A program made the translations under genes and the position numbers. Below, one piece after another: positions 25,412 through 33,911 of a DNA stretch of 64,000 nucleotides. Location of the stretch: sequence record MK327933.1; one strand, written 5' to 3'. The stretch is from Escherichia phage vB_EcoM_G2285. How positions within the stretch are numbered: the stretch's first letter is position 1; each line of letters starts with the position of its first letter. The notes under the pieces were generated by a model that saw only the letters and a program-made list of their open reading frames with translations, was not told the origin of the DNA and ran no database searches.

Positions 25412-26373
25412 TGTACTCTTTAGAAGAATTTAATAACCAAGCTATAAATGCAGATTTCCAACGAAACAATATGTTTAGTTGTGTATTTGCTACTACACCA
25501 TCAACCAAATCGTCTTCACTAATTTCGTCAATTGGTAGTTTTGCTTATAATAACTTAGGGTTGGATTCCGATTGGCTAGGATTGACTCAAGGTGATATCA
25601 ATCAGGGCGTAACAACCCTGATTACAGCAGGAACACAGAAATTAATTCGAAAATCAGGTATAAGTAAATATTTGATTGGAGCAATGAGTCAACGTACGGT
25701 ACAAAGCTTGTTAGGTGAGTTCACAGTAGGATCTTATCTGATAGACTTCTTCAATATGGCATATAATAATACAGGTTTAATGATTTATTCTGTAAAAATG
25801 CCTGAGAACCGATTATCTTATGAAACGGATTTCAACTATAACTCACCGAACATCCGAATTACCGGCCGTGAAATGGACCCATTAGTAATAAGCTTTAGAA
25901 TGGATTCCGAAGCATCTAACTTTAGAGCAATGCAAGACTGGGTAAACTCGGTCCAAGACCCTGTAACAGGTCTTCGTGCTTTACCACAAGACGTCGAAGC
26001 AGATATTCAGGTTAATTTACATGCACGAAATGGTTTACCACATACCGCTGTCATGTTCACCGGATGTATTCCTGTTAGTGTCTCTTCTCCTGAGTTAACG
26101 TATGATGGTGATAATCAGATAACAGTTTTTGATGTAACATTTGCTTATCGCGTTATGCAATCAGGTGCTGTAAATAGACAGGCTGCTTTAGAATGGCTTG
26201 AATCAGGACTTATTAGTAGTGTTTCAGGAATGTTTGGAAATAATCAGAATGATTCTGGTCTAGGAAGTGCAGTATCAAGACTTTCTAGATTAGGTGGGAC
26301 TGCTGGAGGTGTGTCTAATATAAACACATTGACAGGTGTGGTGAATTCTGCGTCAAGAGTTTTAGGACTATAA
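25411..26373 (+). CDS. 54: Baseplate tail-tube initiator gp54
   Basis: 320 aa, T4 gp54 size. Confidence 0.9.
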   Translation: MYSLEEFNNQAINADFQRNNMFSCVFATTPSTKSSSLISSIGSFAYNNLGLDSDWLGLTQGDINQGVTTLITAGTQKLIRKSGISKYLIGAMSQRTVQSLLGEFTVGSYLIDFFNMAYNNTGLMIYSVKMPENRLSYETDFNYNSPNIRITGREMDPLVISFRMDSEASNFRAMQDWVNSVQDPVTGLRALPQDVEADIQVNLHARNGLPHTAVMFTGCIPVSVSSPELTYDGDNQITVFDVTFAYRVMQSGAVNRQAALEWLESGLISSVSGMFGNNQNDSGLGSAVSRLSRLGGTAGGVSNINTLTGVVNSASRVLGL

Positions 26374-26379
26374 GAAAAA

Positions 26380-26396
26380 GGGAGACAACGTCTCCC
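26380..26396. terminator. Bidirectional terminator hairpin (GGGAGAC-aac-GTCTCCC)
   Basis: 7-bp GC stem between converging gene 54 and the minus-strand early genes. Confidence 0.55.
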
Positions 26397-26405
26397 TTTA
26401 GGGGT

Positions 26406-26699
26406 TTATTTACGGAATGAAAGGAATGCTGGTGCTCGGAATGGAGTATCATCTTTAGAGTATTTAACTAATACGACCATTGGTACCTCTGTTTCTAAAT
26501 GACCCGTCACTACACCCATAAAAATTTGATCGGTGTGTTCAGGGTCACGAAAGTTTTTAAGAGGTTCCATAGCAATATGGAATGCACCTGGGAATACTCG
26601 ATTCAATTCGTCAATCACAGCTTCGTTAAAAACATCATCCGCTGGGATAGCATCTTCAACTACTAGTTCTTGACCATTAAAGCGAAGCATAGATTTCAT
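26406..26699 (-). CDS. Hypothetical protein (alt.-1-like), start reassigned to an internal ATG
   Basis: Track ORF 26406..26771 would contain its own promoter; ATG at 26699 has a GAGGA Shine-Dalgarno, giving 98 aa. Confidence 0.5.
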   Translation of the reverse strand: MKSMLRFNGQELVVEDAIPADDVFNEAVIDELNRVFPGAFHIAMEPLKNFRDPEHTDQIFMGVVTGHLETEVPMVVLVKYSKDDTPFRAPAFLSFRK

Positions 26700-26728
26700 A
26701 ACGTTTTCCTCATGTTGTTGATGGGATG

Positions 26729-26757
26729 ATAGTATCACACATCCATGTGTTTGTAAA
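26729..26757 (-). promoter_or_regulatory. Early sigma70-like promoter (TTTACA-N17-TACTAT)
   Basis: Promoter-like hexamers just downstream of the alt stop. Confidence 0.4.
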
Positions 26758-28845
26758 CTATCCTTGGACAAATTTAAACGGAACCGATTCTAAATCCATT
26801 AAAGATGCTAACAGTTTCAATCCTTTAGGTGCACTAGTTTTTTCTATAAATGAGGAGAACGATACCGGCTCATCTGATTCGATTTCACCCGTCATAGCAA
26901 CTACCTCGCCTGTTTCCATGAGAACATCACCATCGTAAATGACAGCTTCGTCCAACTGGTCCGAGGACATGACTTCAGCTTGAATAAATTTAAGGTTGGA
27001 TTCTAAACCTGCACCAGTGTCAGATGACGCATCTGTAATTTTATTTATCTGCAAGAGAATGCCTCTAGGCAAAATAATTTCTTGCTCATTAGGGTGATTA
27101 CTCAACTGTCCTGGATAAATCACGTTAACTTTATGGGCGCCATCAATAGCCCATCCAACATTAACACGAATTTGTTCTGGCGCATGCATAGCGGTACGCA
27201 CCAGACTAGGAGAAATAGTAACACCTTCGTCATTATTGTCAATGTTAAGCTCTTTGCGAACTTCTTCAGGAGCAAGTCCAAGGGCAACGTTCTCTTTAAA
27301 CCCACCGAAAATAATAGGAGCTAGTGAAGTGGAAACATAGTTTCTGAAATAGAATACCTTATTTTTAACCATTGCTTCATAAATAGGCATTCTGATAGAC
27401 TGAGCTCTATATAACGTTAGTCCTTCAGGTAAACGGTCTCCATTTAAAAACGCCGAATCAAGACCATCAATAGCGCGTTTAACTTCATCTTCATCTGCAA
27501 CATCGTAAAAATCTGGTTTATAACGACCTAACAACATATTATTGATATCGGTATACGCGGAAGAGGCATATTCGCGAATAGCTCGTTTTTCAGCAACAGA
27601 GTATTGTTTAGGGTCCCGATTCATTGTTATATTAAAGGTGCCTCTAGCCGATTCTCGTGCATAAGTATACATCACATTAGACAAGAACGCTGATTTACGT
27701 TGTTTCCAAGTTTTTTCAGATACTTCAGCTAAAACATCGTCGGCCAGTTGGAAATTATCCCGTCTAAAATCTTCAAACCATTCGTCTTTAATAGAGTCTG
27801 CAATTTCATTTGCAGCTTCAACAAAAGCAGTTAATGCTTTAACAGATGTTGTTTTTCCAGTTTTAATTTTCTTAGCAAACTTTTCTAAAGTTGGCTTAAT
27901 AACACTACCATAAGAAACTTCATCAGCAAATCTAAAGGATTCATCAATATGATTATAAATCTTATTTTCGATATCAGCAACTAAAGTGCCTTTTGCTGTG
28001 GATGATGCTTGGGCTAGTACGATTTCATATGCTTCAGGAAGTAATTCGGCTGTAGCCGGGCCACTAACTTCTTTAGCAGAATTTTCGTATTTCTGGAATA
28101 ACTCACCTTCTTGGCGGTCAGCTTCTAAAGATTGGCTTGCGGCAATAGCGCGCCGAGAAATTTTAGTACGAGCAATAACAGGCTTATCTTTACGTTTTTC
28201 TTCTACAGCAGCAATAGAACCAGCGATAGCCGTTTCTTTGGTGACCTTTTCACCAGTCTTTTTACTCACATAAACTTCGCCAACATCAGAATCTACTTTC
28301 GTGTATAACTCTGTGTTAATGTTAGGGATGCCTTTAATATCTTCAATGTTGGCATTTTTACGAACCATCATCACATAGGTGTGTTTACCTGTGAATTGAT
28401 ACATTGCCGACAATACTTTAAAACGACCACCGGTTTTAGTAGAAACTAAACGAGCAAGAAGAGTTTGAAGCTGTTGTCCACGTCCTTTCAATTTCTTGGT
28501 AGGGAATCGGAACAGAACTGCATCCATACGAAGAGCTTTAACTTGTTCATATACTGTATTGAAAATGGTGTTGATTGCATCAATAGGAGCAGGACCAAGG
28601 CCATTTTTCAATTCGGCGAGATTACCCTTTTCAGACAGACTCATAATAACAACATGAGCGTATTTGTCGCCAAGTTTAACTTGTTTTACAGCGTCGCCTT
28701 CGGAAAGGTAAGAGAATAAACGAACTACAATATTTGTATCGATATCACCAATTTTCCAGACTTGTGGAACTTTAGCTTTAGGGTTCAAATTGACGACAGG
28801 AAGACTGCCTTCAGATTCAAACACTTCATTTAATTGTTCAGACAT
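26758..28845 (-). CDS. alt: Alt ADP-ribosyltransferase (packaged into the head)
   Basis: 695 aa; position between 54 and 30; conserved segments (NYVSTS, PNEQEI, LPRG) recalled from T4 Alt. Confidence 0.8.
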   Translation of the reverse strand: MSEQLNEVFESEGSLPVVNLNPKAKVPQVWKIGDIDTNIVVRLFSYLSEGDAVKQVKLGDKYAHVVIMSLSEKGNLAELKNGLGPAPIDAINTIFNTVYEQVKALRMDAVLFRFPTKKLKGRGQQLQTLLARLVSTKTGGRFKVLSAMYQFTGKHTYVMMVRKNANIEDIKGIPNINTELYTKVDSDVGEVYVSKKTGEKVTKETAIAGSIAAVEEKRKDKPVIARTKISRRAIAASQSLEADRQEGELFQKYENSAKEVSGPATAELLPEAYEIVLAQASSTAKGTLVADIENKIYNHIDESFRFADEVSYGSVIKPTLEKFAKKIKTGKTTSVKALTAFVEAANEIADSIKDEWFEDFRRDNFQLADDVLAEVSEKTWKQRKSAFLSNVMYTYARESARGTFNITMNRDPKQYSVAEKRAIREYASSAYTDINNMLLGRYKPDFYDVADEDEVKRAIDGLDSAFLNGDRLPEGLTLYRAQSIRMPIYEAMVKNKVFYFRNYVSTSLAPIIFGGFKENVALGLAPEEVRKELNIDNNDEGVTISPSLVRTAMHAPEQIRVNVGWAIDGAHKVNVIYPGQLSNHPNEQEIILPRGILLQINKITDASSDTGAGLESNLKFIQAEVMSSDQLDEAVIYDGDVLMETGEVVAMTGEIESDEPVSFSSFIEKTSAPKGLKLLASLMDLESVPFKFVQG

Positions 28846-28879
28846 AGTGTTTTCCTTTTAGTAATAATTTATATTTATG

Positions 28880-28901
28880 CCAAAAAGAGCCCGAAGGCTC
28901 T
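28880..28901 (-). terminator. Intrinsic terminator (GAGCC-ttcg-GGCTC plus T-run)
   Basis: UUCG tetraloop hairpin and T-run on minus strand, upstream of alt. Confidence 0.55.
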
Positions 28902-29110
28902 TAATCCACAATCGGAAGCAAAGTACGATAAACTTCAAAATTAGGGCCTTTTTCGTACCCATTAACGTTATCTACGAAAACCCGATACGAATTTTCATTA
29001 GGAAAATCTAATATAATCTGAGAGCAAGAGGTGGAAACATCTCCACCATCCTTCTTAGCTACAATAACTGTTTCTAAATAAGCTTTCATTATAAACCTGT
29101 CTGGGACCAC
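28901..29110 (-). CDS. Hypothetical protein (alt.1-like)
   Basis: 69 aa ORF between gene 30 and alt. Confidence 0.45.
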   Translation of the reverse strand: MVPDRFIMKAYLETVIVAKKDGGDVSTSCSQIILDFPNENSYRVFVDNVNGYEKGPNFEVYRTLLPIVD

Positions 29111-30582
29111 GGTCCAAATACGTCTTCAAACGAATCCGCTTCTGTTTTATCAAAACGGAACCCTTTAATAATTGGAAGGAAAATACCTACAGTACCTTCA
29201 CGGCCTTTAGAATGAACCCAACCATTACATTCACAATCAGCGATACGTCCAATTAATTTACCTTCACGAGCTTCGGTCATTAATCGTTCACGGTCTAAAT
29301 CATGACGCTCGTCTAAAGGAATAAGAACCTTTACACCGTCAACTGTTTTATGAGTTGTATCTTTAAAACCTGAACCACAATCGGTTGTAATACGACGACA
29401 ACGTGATACGAGTTCGACACCACCTAATTTGTTAGGGTCTTTAGAGTGTTCATAGTATCCTACAACTTCTAAAGCGATATCAATAACTTCTTTAAATTTA
29501 ATTAGGTTCTTAGAGCGTTTGTTTTCCCAGTATGAATCACGGTTTTTAAGGATAATACCTTCAAGACCTTGGTCAACATATTTTTTATAAACCACTTTAG
29601 CTTCATCAAGATTACGAACTAACTGGTTTTCGATAGGTTCAATTCGTTTAAAGCCTTCAGCCATATTTTCAAGAGCAGCAAAACGAACATCGTATTTCTG
29701 ACCTTTAATTTTGCCATCAGAATAGACTTCATCTAAAGGAACATAGTCCCAGGCTTGAAGAACCATACCTTCCGCTTCTTTAGGAGAAATAGTCCCTTGA
29801 AGAGATTTATTTGCTAAACCATTTGAAGTGCTACGGTCTGCAACTTGCACTTCTTCGGATTCTTCATTATCACCAAATAAGAACGACAGGTCATTTCCTG
29901 AGCTCACAGCCTTTTTAATATCGAATGAATGATAAACTAATTCACCGTCGATTAAAACCCCATTAGGGTGTCTTTCACGAGCTTCTTTAGTCATTTCCAT
30001 TAGTTCATCCGCTAATAGAGTAAGACCATGATATTCGTTGCCGGCACGAGAAAAGAATTGAACACCATCATCGCGAACTTCAGCGAAACAACGAGCACCA
30101 TCTGCTTTTAATTGGGCAAATGCAGGCCATTTAATATTTTTAGTAATCAATTTCTCATCATATGCAGATGCTAACATCTGTGGTTGCAATTGAATAAGTC
30201 CAGGCCACACCTTATTCGCTATAGACACTGAAGCACCTACTTCAAGGTCGCGCATCATTACACGACGAAGGACTTCTACATCATCAGGTTTACCATCAGC
30301 GATATAACCCATGAGCTCTTTAATTGCAGCATTACCAGTGAGTTTACGAGTGGCTAATGTGAACTCAATAAAATCCAACATGGCATCTAATTCAAGAAGA
30401 CCATACGCTTGAGACCTTTCACCTGGTCCTGGCCATTTCTTAATATAATACTGGATACCACGTGCATATGTTAAACGATACACACGTTCAAGTAATTTGT
30501 TGTCCTTATTTTTCTTAAGGATTTCCTGTTTTGTTTTAGTAGAACCGATCGCAGCTATTTGGTTTAAAATATCTAAAATCAT
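29089..30582 (-). CDS. 30: ATP-dependent DNA ligase gp30
   Basis: 497 aa; adenylation lysine motif KADGAR; matches remembered T4 ligase. Confidence 0.95.
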   Translation of the reverse strand: MILDILNQIAAIGSTKTKQEILKKNKDNKLLERVYRLTYARGIQYYIKKWPGPGERSQAYGLLELDAMLDFIEFTLATRKLTGNAAIKELMGYIADGKPDDVEVLRRVMMRDLEVGASVSIANKVWPGLIQLQPQMLASAYDEKLITKNIKWPAFAQLKADGARCFAEVRDDGVQFFSRAGNEYHGLTLLADELMEMTKEARERHPNGVLIDGELVYHSFDIKKAVSSGNDLSFLFGDNEESEEVQVADRSTSNGLANKSLQGTISPKEAEGMVLQAWDYVPLDEVYSDGKIKGQKYDVRFAALENMAEGFKRIEPIENQLVRNLDEAKVVYKKYVDQGLEGIILKNRDSYWENKRSKNLIKFKEVIDIALEVVGYYEHSKDPNKLGGVELVSRCRRITTDCGSGFKDTTHKTVDGVKVLIPLDERHDLDRERLMTEAREGKLIGRIADCECNGWVHSKGREGTVGIFLPIIKGFRFDKTEADSFEDVFGPWSQTGL

Positions 30583-30848
30583 TTGATGTCCTCGATTTTG
30601 GTTACGGTTCTATTATAAGCCACTTCATCTAGAAGCGATTTCAGCGTTTTCTGATAAGTGGTAATCCATTTACCGAGACCTTCAACATAGTATTCTGAAA
30701 TGTAGATGAACCCTTGTTCAACACACTCTTTAAATATTTCTGCGTCTTTTACTGAACGAAACAATGGCCGGTCTCGAAAGAACATGTTAACGTGACCGTA
30801 GTCACGCGTTGTGTTTTTGCCATCTGTAATATCATGAACTACAAACAT
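30579..30848 (-). CDS. Hypothetical protein (30.1-like)
   Basis: 89 aa ORF overlapping the gene 30 start. Confidence 0.5.
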   Translation of the reverse strand: MFVVHDITDGKNTTRDYGHVNMFFRDRPLFRSVKDAEIFKECVEQGFIYISEYYVEGLGKWITTYQKTLKSLLDEVAYNRTVTKIEDIK

Positions 30849-30857
30849 AATTAACCC

Positions 30858-31046
30858 TTAACAATTTATAGACCAAGTCCATTTAGACGAATCTAAAGGA
30901 AAGTTTTGAATCGTCCACCACGGCTGCATATCAGTTGGTCCTGGGGTTCGCCAGGTATATGGAGTACGTGTTGTCGAGGGGCCACCAATTTGATTAGGCC
31001 ATGCACCTGGACTTGTTGCACCAGATTCTTTAAGCAAATCCGCCAA
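30858..31046 (-). CDS. Putative 62-codon Trp/Pro-rich ORF in frame with the upstream HAD-like gene across a single UGA (doubtful)
   Basis: TTG-initiated track ORF; first codon directly abuts the UGA stop of the upstream ORF in the same frame; GC-rich and compositionally atypical. Confidence 0.25.
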   Translation of the reverse strand: MADLLKESGATSPGAWPNQIGGPSTTRTPYTWRTPGPTDMQPWWTIQNFPLDSSKWTWSINC

Positions 31047-31682
31047 TCATTTTAAAAGGTCTTCACGATCTGAATCTGAATTATGCTCAGGTGGAACCAA
31101 ACGAGATTCAATATCATCCCACGTGTGTACACGTTGTGCAGTACGAGGAATGGCATCACGTTCACCACGGGCCAACCAATAAATCGGTACATTGAGAATT
31201 TCTGCCGCATGGTCACAGTGATGAGCTAAATCGTCAACGTAACAAATTACGTTATATTTTGTTTTAGCTAGTTCGAATAATTGTTCCTTTGACGAATCAT
31301 GACCACACATCATTACTTCAGAAAAGGCACCTGGGAACAAAGCATTCAAATTAAATTGTCTATTCAATCGAGCATCAATTGAATCACCTAGCGCCGTCAC
31401 GGCTACAAAATTATAGTCTTCTTTTAGTTTATTGATAACTCGAAGAGCATCTGAATAAGGCGCTAAGTAACGAATAAAATCAGAGCGATTATATTTTTCT
31501 ATTAATTGTTTACCAAGGTTATCGTCGGTATTGAATAGTTTACCAGGAGAAATAAATTTTTCATCCTGAATCATTTTTAAAATATGTTCTAATGGAAGAT
31601 TATATTTTTGGGCAAAATAAGGAAGTCCAGATTGCCAGCTTAAACATACACCATCAATATCAGTCAAAATAGTAGGCTTCAT
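31047..31682 (-). CDS. HAD-superfamily hydrolase-like protein (30.2 position; possible nucleotidase)
   Basis: 211 aa; N-terminal DIDGV motif and later YVDDL acidic motif. Confidence 0.6.
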   Translation of the reverse strand: MKPTILTDIDGVCLSWQSGLPYFAQKYNLPLEHILKMIQDEKFISPGKLFNTDDNLGKQLIEKYNRSDFIRYLAPYSDALRVINKLKEDYNFVAVTALGDSIDARLNRQFNLNALFPGAFSEVMMCGHDSSKEQLFELAKTKYNVICYVDDLAHHCDHAAEILNVPIYWLARGERDAIPRTAQRVHTWDDIESRLVPPEHNSDSDREDLLK

Positions 31683-32146
31683 AAAGAGTCTCTTAATAGG
31701 TTTAACACATCAATAAATTCAGCTTCGGTTAGTATTGTATCATCTTTTGTTAGACCACTGGCCATGCTGTGCTTCAAAATTTTTCCTTTAGAGGCTTGTA
31801 AGGCATCACGAAACCCCTTGTTTTGGATCGCGGCTTCAAAATACGCATTTGTGTATAATTCTTTCCACGCTTCGGAGTATCTTGAAAACGGAACTCCTAA
31901 CCAGAAGAGAGTCCCACGGTCCTGAGCTCTTGCATAAGACCTTCCAGCTTGCTGTGCGGCCAGTCCTGACAGCCCAAATATACGTCTTTGTTGTTCAACA
32001 TTTTTCACCTTACATCCTTGGAGAAATCCTTCAAGACCTCCGAATTGAATACCATCCATAACAAAAGGCCATTGAGCAAAGTTACTTAATGCACACGACG
32101 GCCACTTGAAATTACTTCTTATTTCTAATTCAGACATCTTTAACAC
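31679..32146 (-). CDS. NADAR/YbiA-like domain protein (30.3 position)
   Basis: 155 aa; LSNFAQWPFVMDG...EGFLQGCK resembles the E. coli YbiA N-terminal signature FSNFAAWPIKVDG...EHYFQAQK. Confidence 0.55.
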   Translation of the reverse strand: MLKMSELEIRSNFKWPSCALSNFAQWPFVMDGIQFGGLEGFLQGCKVKNVEQQRRIFGLSGLAAQQAGRSYARAQDRGTLFWLGVPFSRYSEAWKELYTNAYFEAAIQNKGFRDALQASKGKILKHSMASGLTKDDTILTEAEFIDVLNLLRDSL

Positions 32147-32348
32147 TTATAATTTCAACATCAGCCCAATGACCGTATCCAGGTATACGGTCTTCGATAG
32201 ATAAATTTCTGACATTTTTAGGCATTTTAATTGACGTAACGTATGGTTCTAAACGGTTTTCCGCGTAATATGGAAAAACGTCGGTTACACGATAAGTAAC
32301 TTCAATCATTTCCGTACCAAACAATTTCTGGATTAATTTATTCAACAT
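32130..32348 (-). CDS. Hypothetical protein
   Basis: 72 aa ORF; start overlaps the end of the upstream -1 frame. Confidence 0.45.
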   Translation of the reverse strand: MLNKLIQKLFGTEMIEVTYRVTDVFPYYAENRLEPYVTSIKMPKNVRNLSIEDRIPGYGHWADVEIISVKDV

Positions 32349-32351
32349 GTT

Positions 32352-32576
32352 TCAACCCTTTAATAGGAGATAACTCTTTACCCATACGTATGTCAGAAGT
32401 CCCATCAACCCATTGAACAGCATACGCTTCATTGACAATTCCAGCGGCGGTTTTAAATTCATATACTGCTCAATTTCACATACTGAACCATTTTTATGTT
32501 TCCATAAGCAAATCGTATCAATAGAACCTGCGATACCGTTAGAAACATATTTGCGTTCGAAGTTGGTGTAGTTCAT
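32352..32576 (-). CDS. Hypothetical protein; possible -1 frameshift at the U_UUA_AAA heptamer 32451-32457
   Basis: 74 aa zero-frame ORF with a hydrophobic tail; the -1 frame opens at the heptamer and runs 37 codons into a TAATG overlap with the next gene. Confidence 0.4.
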   Translation of the reverse strand: MNYTNFERKYVSNGIAGSIDTICLWKHKNGSVCEIEQYMNLKPPLELSMKRMLFNGLMGLLTYVWVKSYLLLKG

Positions 32577-32675
32577 TTTATTCTCCAGTTGTTTTATTGA
32601 TTAGGTGGTACAAGTCTATAGTAACACATCCTACAGGAGAGTAAACATCTTTTTTAAACTTTTTCTGCCCTAAAC

Positions 32676-32701
32676 GCACAAAAGGGAGACCGAAGTCTCC
32701 C
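32676..32701 (-). terminator. Intrinsic terminator (GGGAGAC-ttcg-GTCTCCC plus T-run)
   Basis: Perfect hairpin and T-run on minus strand just past the 59-aa ORF stop. Confidence 0.65.
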
Positions 32702-32706
32702 TAAAA

Positions 32707-32886
32707 TTATGCAACAACCTTTCCAAAACGAGAAGCATCATCTCGAAGAACTGCACGTGCTCTGCGCATGATCTTCTCAACTGTTTGATTAATACGATAG
32801 TTCGACCCACGCTTGTATCCAGCGCGTTTAGAGGTACCATCAACTTTCTTTTCAACTGCTTTCTTTGCTTTAGCTTGTTTTGCCAT
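32707..32886 (-). CDS. Small Lys/Arg-rich protein (59 aa)
   Basis: Hand-translated MAKQAKAKKAVEKKVDGTSKRAGYKRG...; below track cutoff; Shine-Dalgarno AAAGAG, ends at the terminator. Confidence 0.45.
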   Translation of the reverse strand: MAKQAKAKKAVEKKVDGTSKRAGYKRGSNYRINQTVEKIMRRARAVLRDDASRFGKVVA

Positions 32887-33148
32887 TATAAATTCTCTTT
32901 AAATGAAAATGCAGGACTTATTGACATTGCCTGCGCAAGCCCTCAAGGGGAACATAGGTTTTGGATATTTAACGACAGGATAACCATAAACCTGTCATCA
33001 TACCAACCACGACTTAGACAGATAACCTTTTCTGACGCGTGATAGTACAAAATACATTCAAGAGGTACACCGTAAAACTGCCGTGGTCTTAAAACTATAA
33101 TGATTCGCAAATCATTAATCAGACAGTTCGACGGCTCCTCGATTTAAC

Positions 33149-33397
33149 TTACTTCAGGGTAATAACAAAATGACGTACTGCTTTACGAGCTGCAGAAGCC
33201 AAAGGCTTAGCATATTTCAGTTCATCTTTTGCTTCCAGTTCAGAGGCCAAAGCTGCCTGTACCGGGTTCAGATGTTTGAAATAACGCAGGATTTCCAGTG
33301 CTTCGGCTTCAACATCAATCGACGCGCCGTAGTTTTCGTGACCGTTATTCCATGCGTTTCGTTGCAGTTCAAGAGCGTGTTGTAATTGTTTAATCAT
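33149..33397 (-). CDS. rIII: rIII lysis inhibition accessory protein
   Basis: 82 aa, near-identical to remembered T4 rIII. Confidence 0.9.
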   Translation of the reverse strand: MIKQLQHALELQRNAWNNGHENYGASIDVEAEALEILRYFKHLNPVQAALASELEAKDELKYAKPLASAARKAVRHFVITLK

Positions 33398-33521
33398 TTT
33401 AAATTCTCAATTCGAGATAATATTTAGTAGCCACGTTCGTCTGAATTTCACCTTCTTTCGACAAGTCTCTCAGTTGTAGGCTACCGCTTAGAAGAGTGTT
33501 CTCTTCATATAGTTATTTATA

Positions 33522-33854
33522 TCACTTATAAAGACACGGAATAGCTTTATAGTGGCATGTTACGAATTTCTGTTTAATTTCTTTAGGTTGTTTAAGTCCC
33601 AAAGCCACAAATGGATGTGGAACATTTCGAATTTGTCCAACTGGTAGTGGAGTCAAATCACCGACTTCAACAAAACCTTCAGGAACATCAGGACCCACAG
33701 AATGAACTACACATAGTTCAGGAACTTCACCTTGAACACGTTTACCAATCACAAGTCCTGATTCGGTAACTTCTTCATCACCTGCTTGAGCGGGTTCAGA
33801 AACCAGAATGACATATTCACCAACAGCACGAATTGGGAGTTGTACTTCAGACAT
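33522..33854 (-). CDS. 31: Co-chaperonin gp31 (GroES analogue)
   Basis: 110 aa, matches remembered T4 gp31. Confidence 0.9.
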   Translation of the reverse strand: MSEVQLPIRAVGEYVILVSEPAQAGDEEVTESGLVIGKRVQGEVPELCVVHSVGPDVPEGFVEVGDLTPLPVGQIRNVPHPFVALGLKQPKEIKQKFVTCHYKAIPCLYK

Positions 33855-33884
33855 CTTATTTCCTTGTTGTTTGACGATAGATTA

Positions 33885-33910
33885 ATAATACCATACTATT
33901 CGTAAAGCAT
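33885..33910 (-). promoter_or_regulatory. Middle promoter for gene 31 (MotA box ATGCTTTAC plus TATTAT)
   Basis: MotA-box-like element about 11 nt upstream of the -10. Confidence 0.4.
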
Positions 33911-33911
33911 A

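Noticed and set aside
26700-26771. Upstream start of track ORF 26406..26771
   Set aside because: An early promoter (TTTACA-N17-TACTAT) lies inside the proposed N-terminus; the ATG at 26699 with a GAGGA Shine-Dalgarno is a better start.
30858-31046. GC-rich segment with GGTTCG and AGTTGG strings that superficially resemble tRNA T-loop and D-loop
   Set aside because: No acceptor stem, anticodon arm or proper T-arm can be folded by hand; the segment is better described as the in-frame extension ORF or non-coding.
32670-32855. 61-aa track ORF (MKRKLMVPLNALDTS...)
   Set aside because: It runs through the terminator hairpin and overlaps, in another frame, a cleaner 59-aa ORF that has a Shine-Dalgarno and ends before the terminator.
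33170-33385. Plus-strand 71-aa ORF antisense to rIII
   Set aside because: It lies entirely within the well-supported rIII gene on the opposite strand; shadow ORF.
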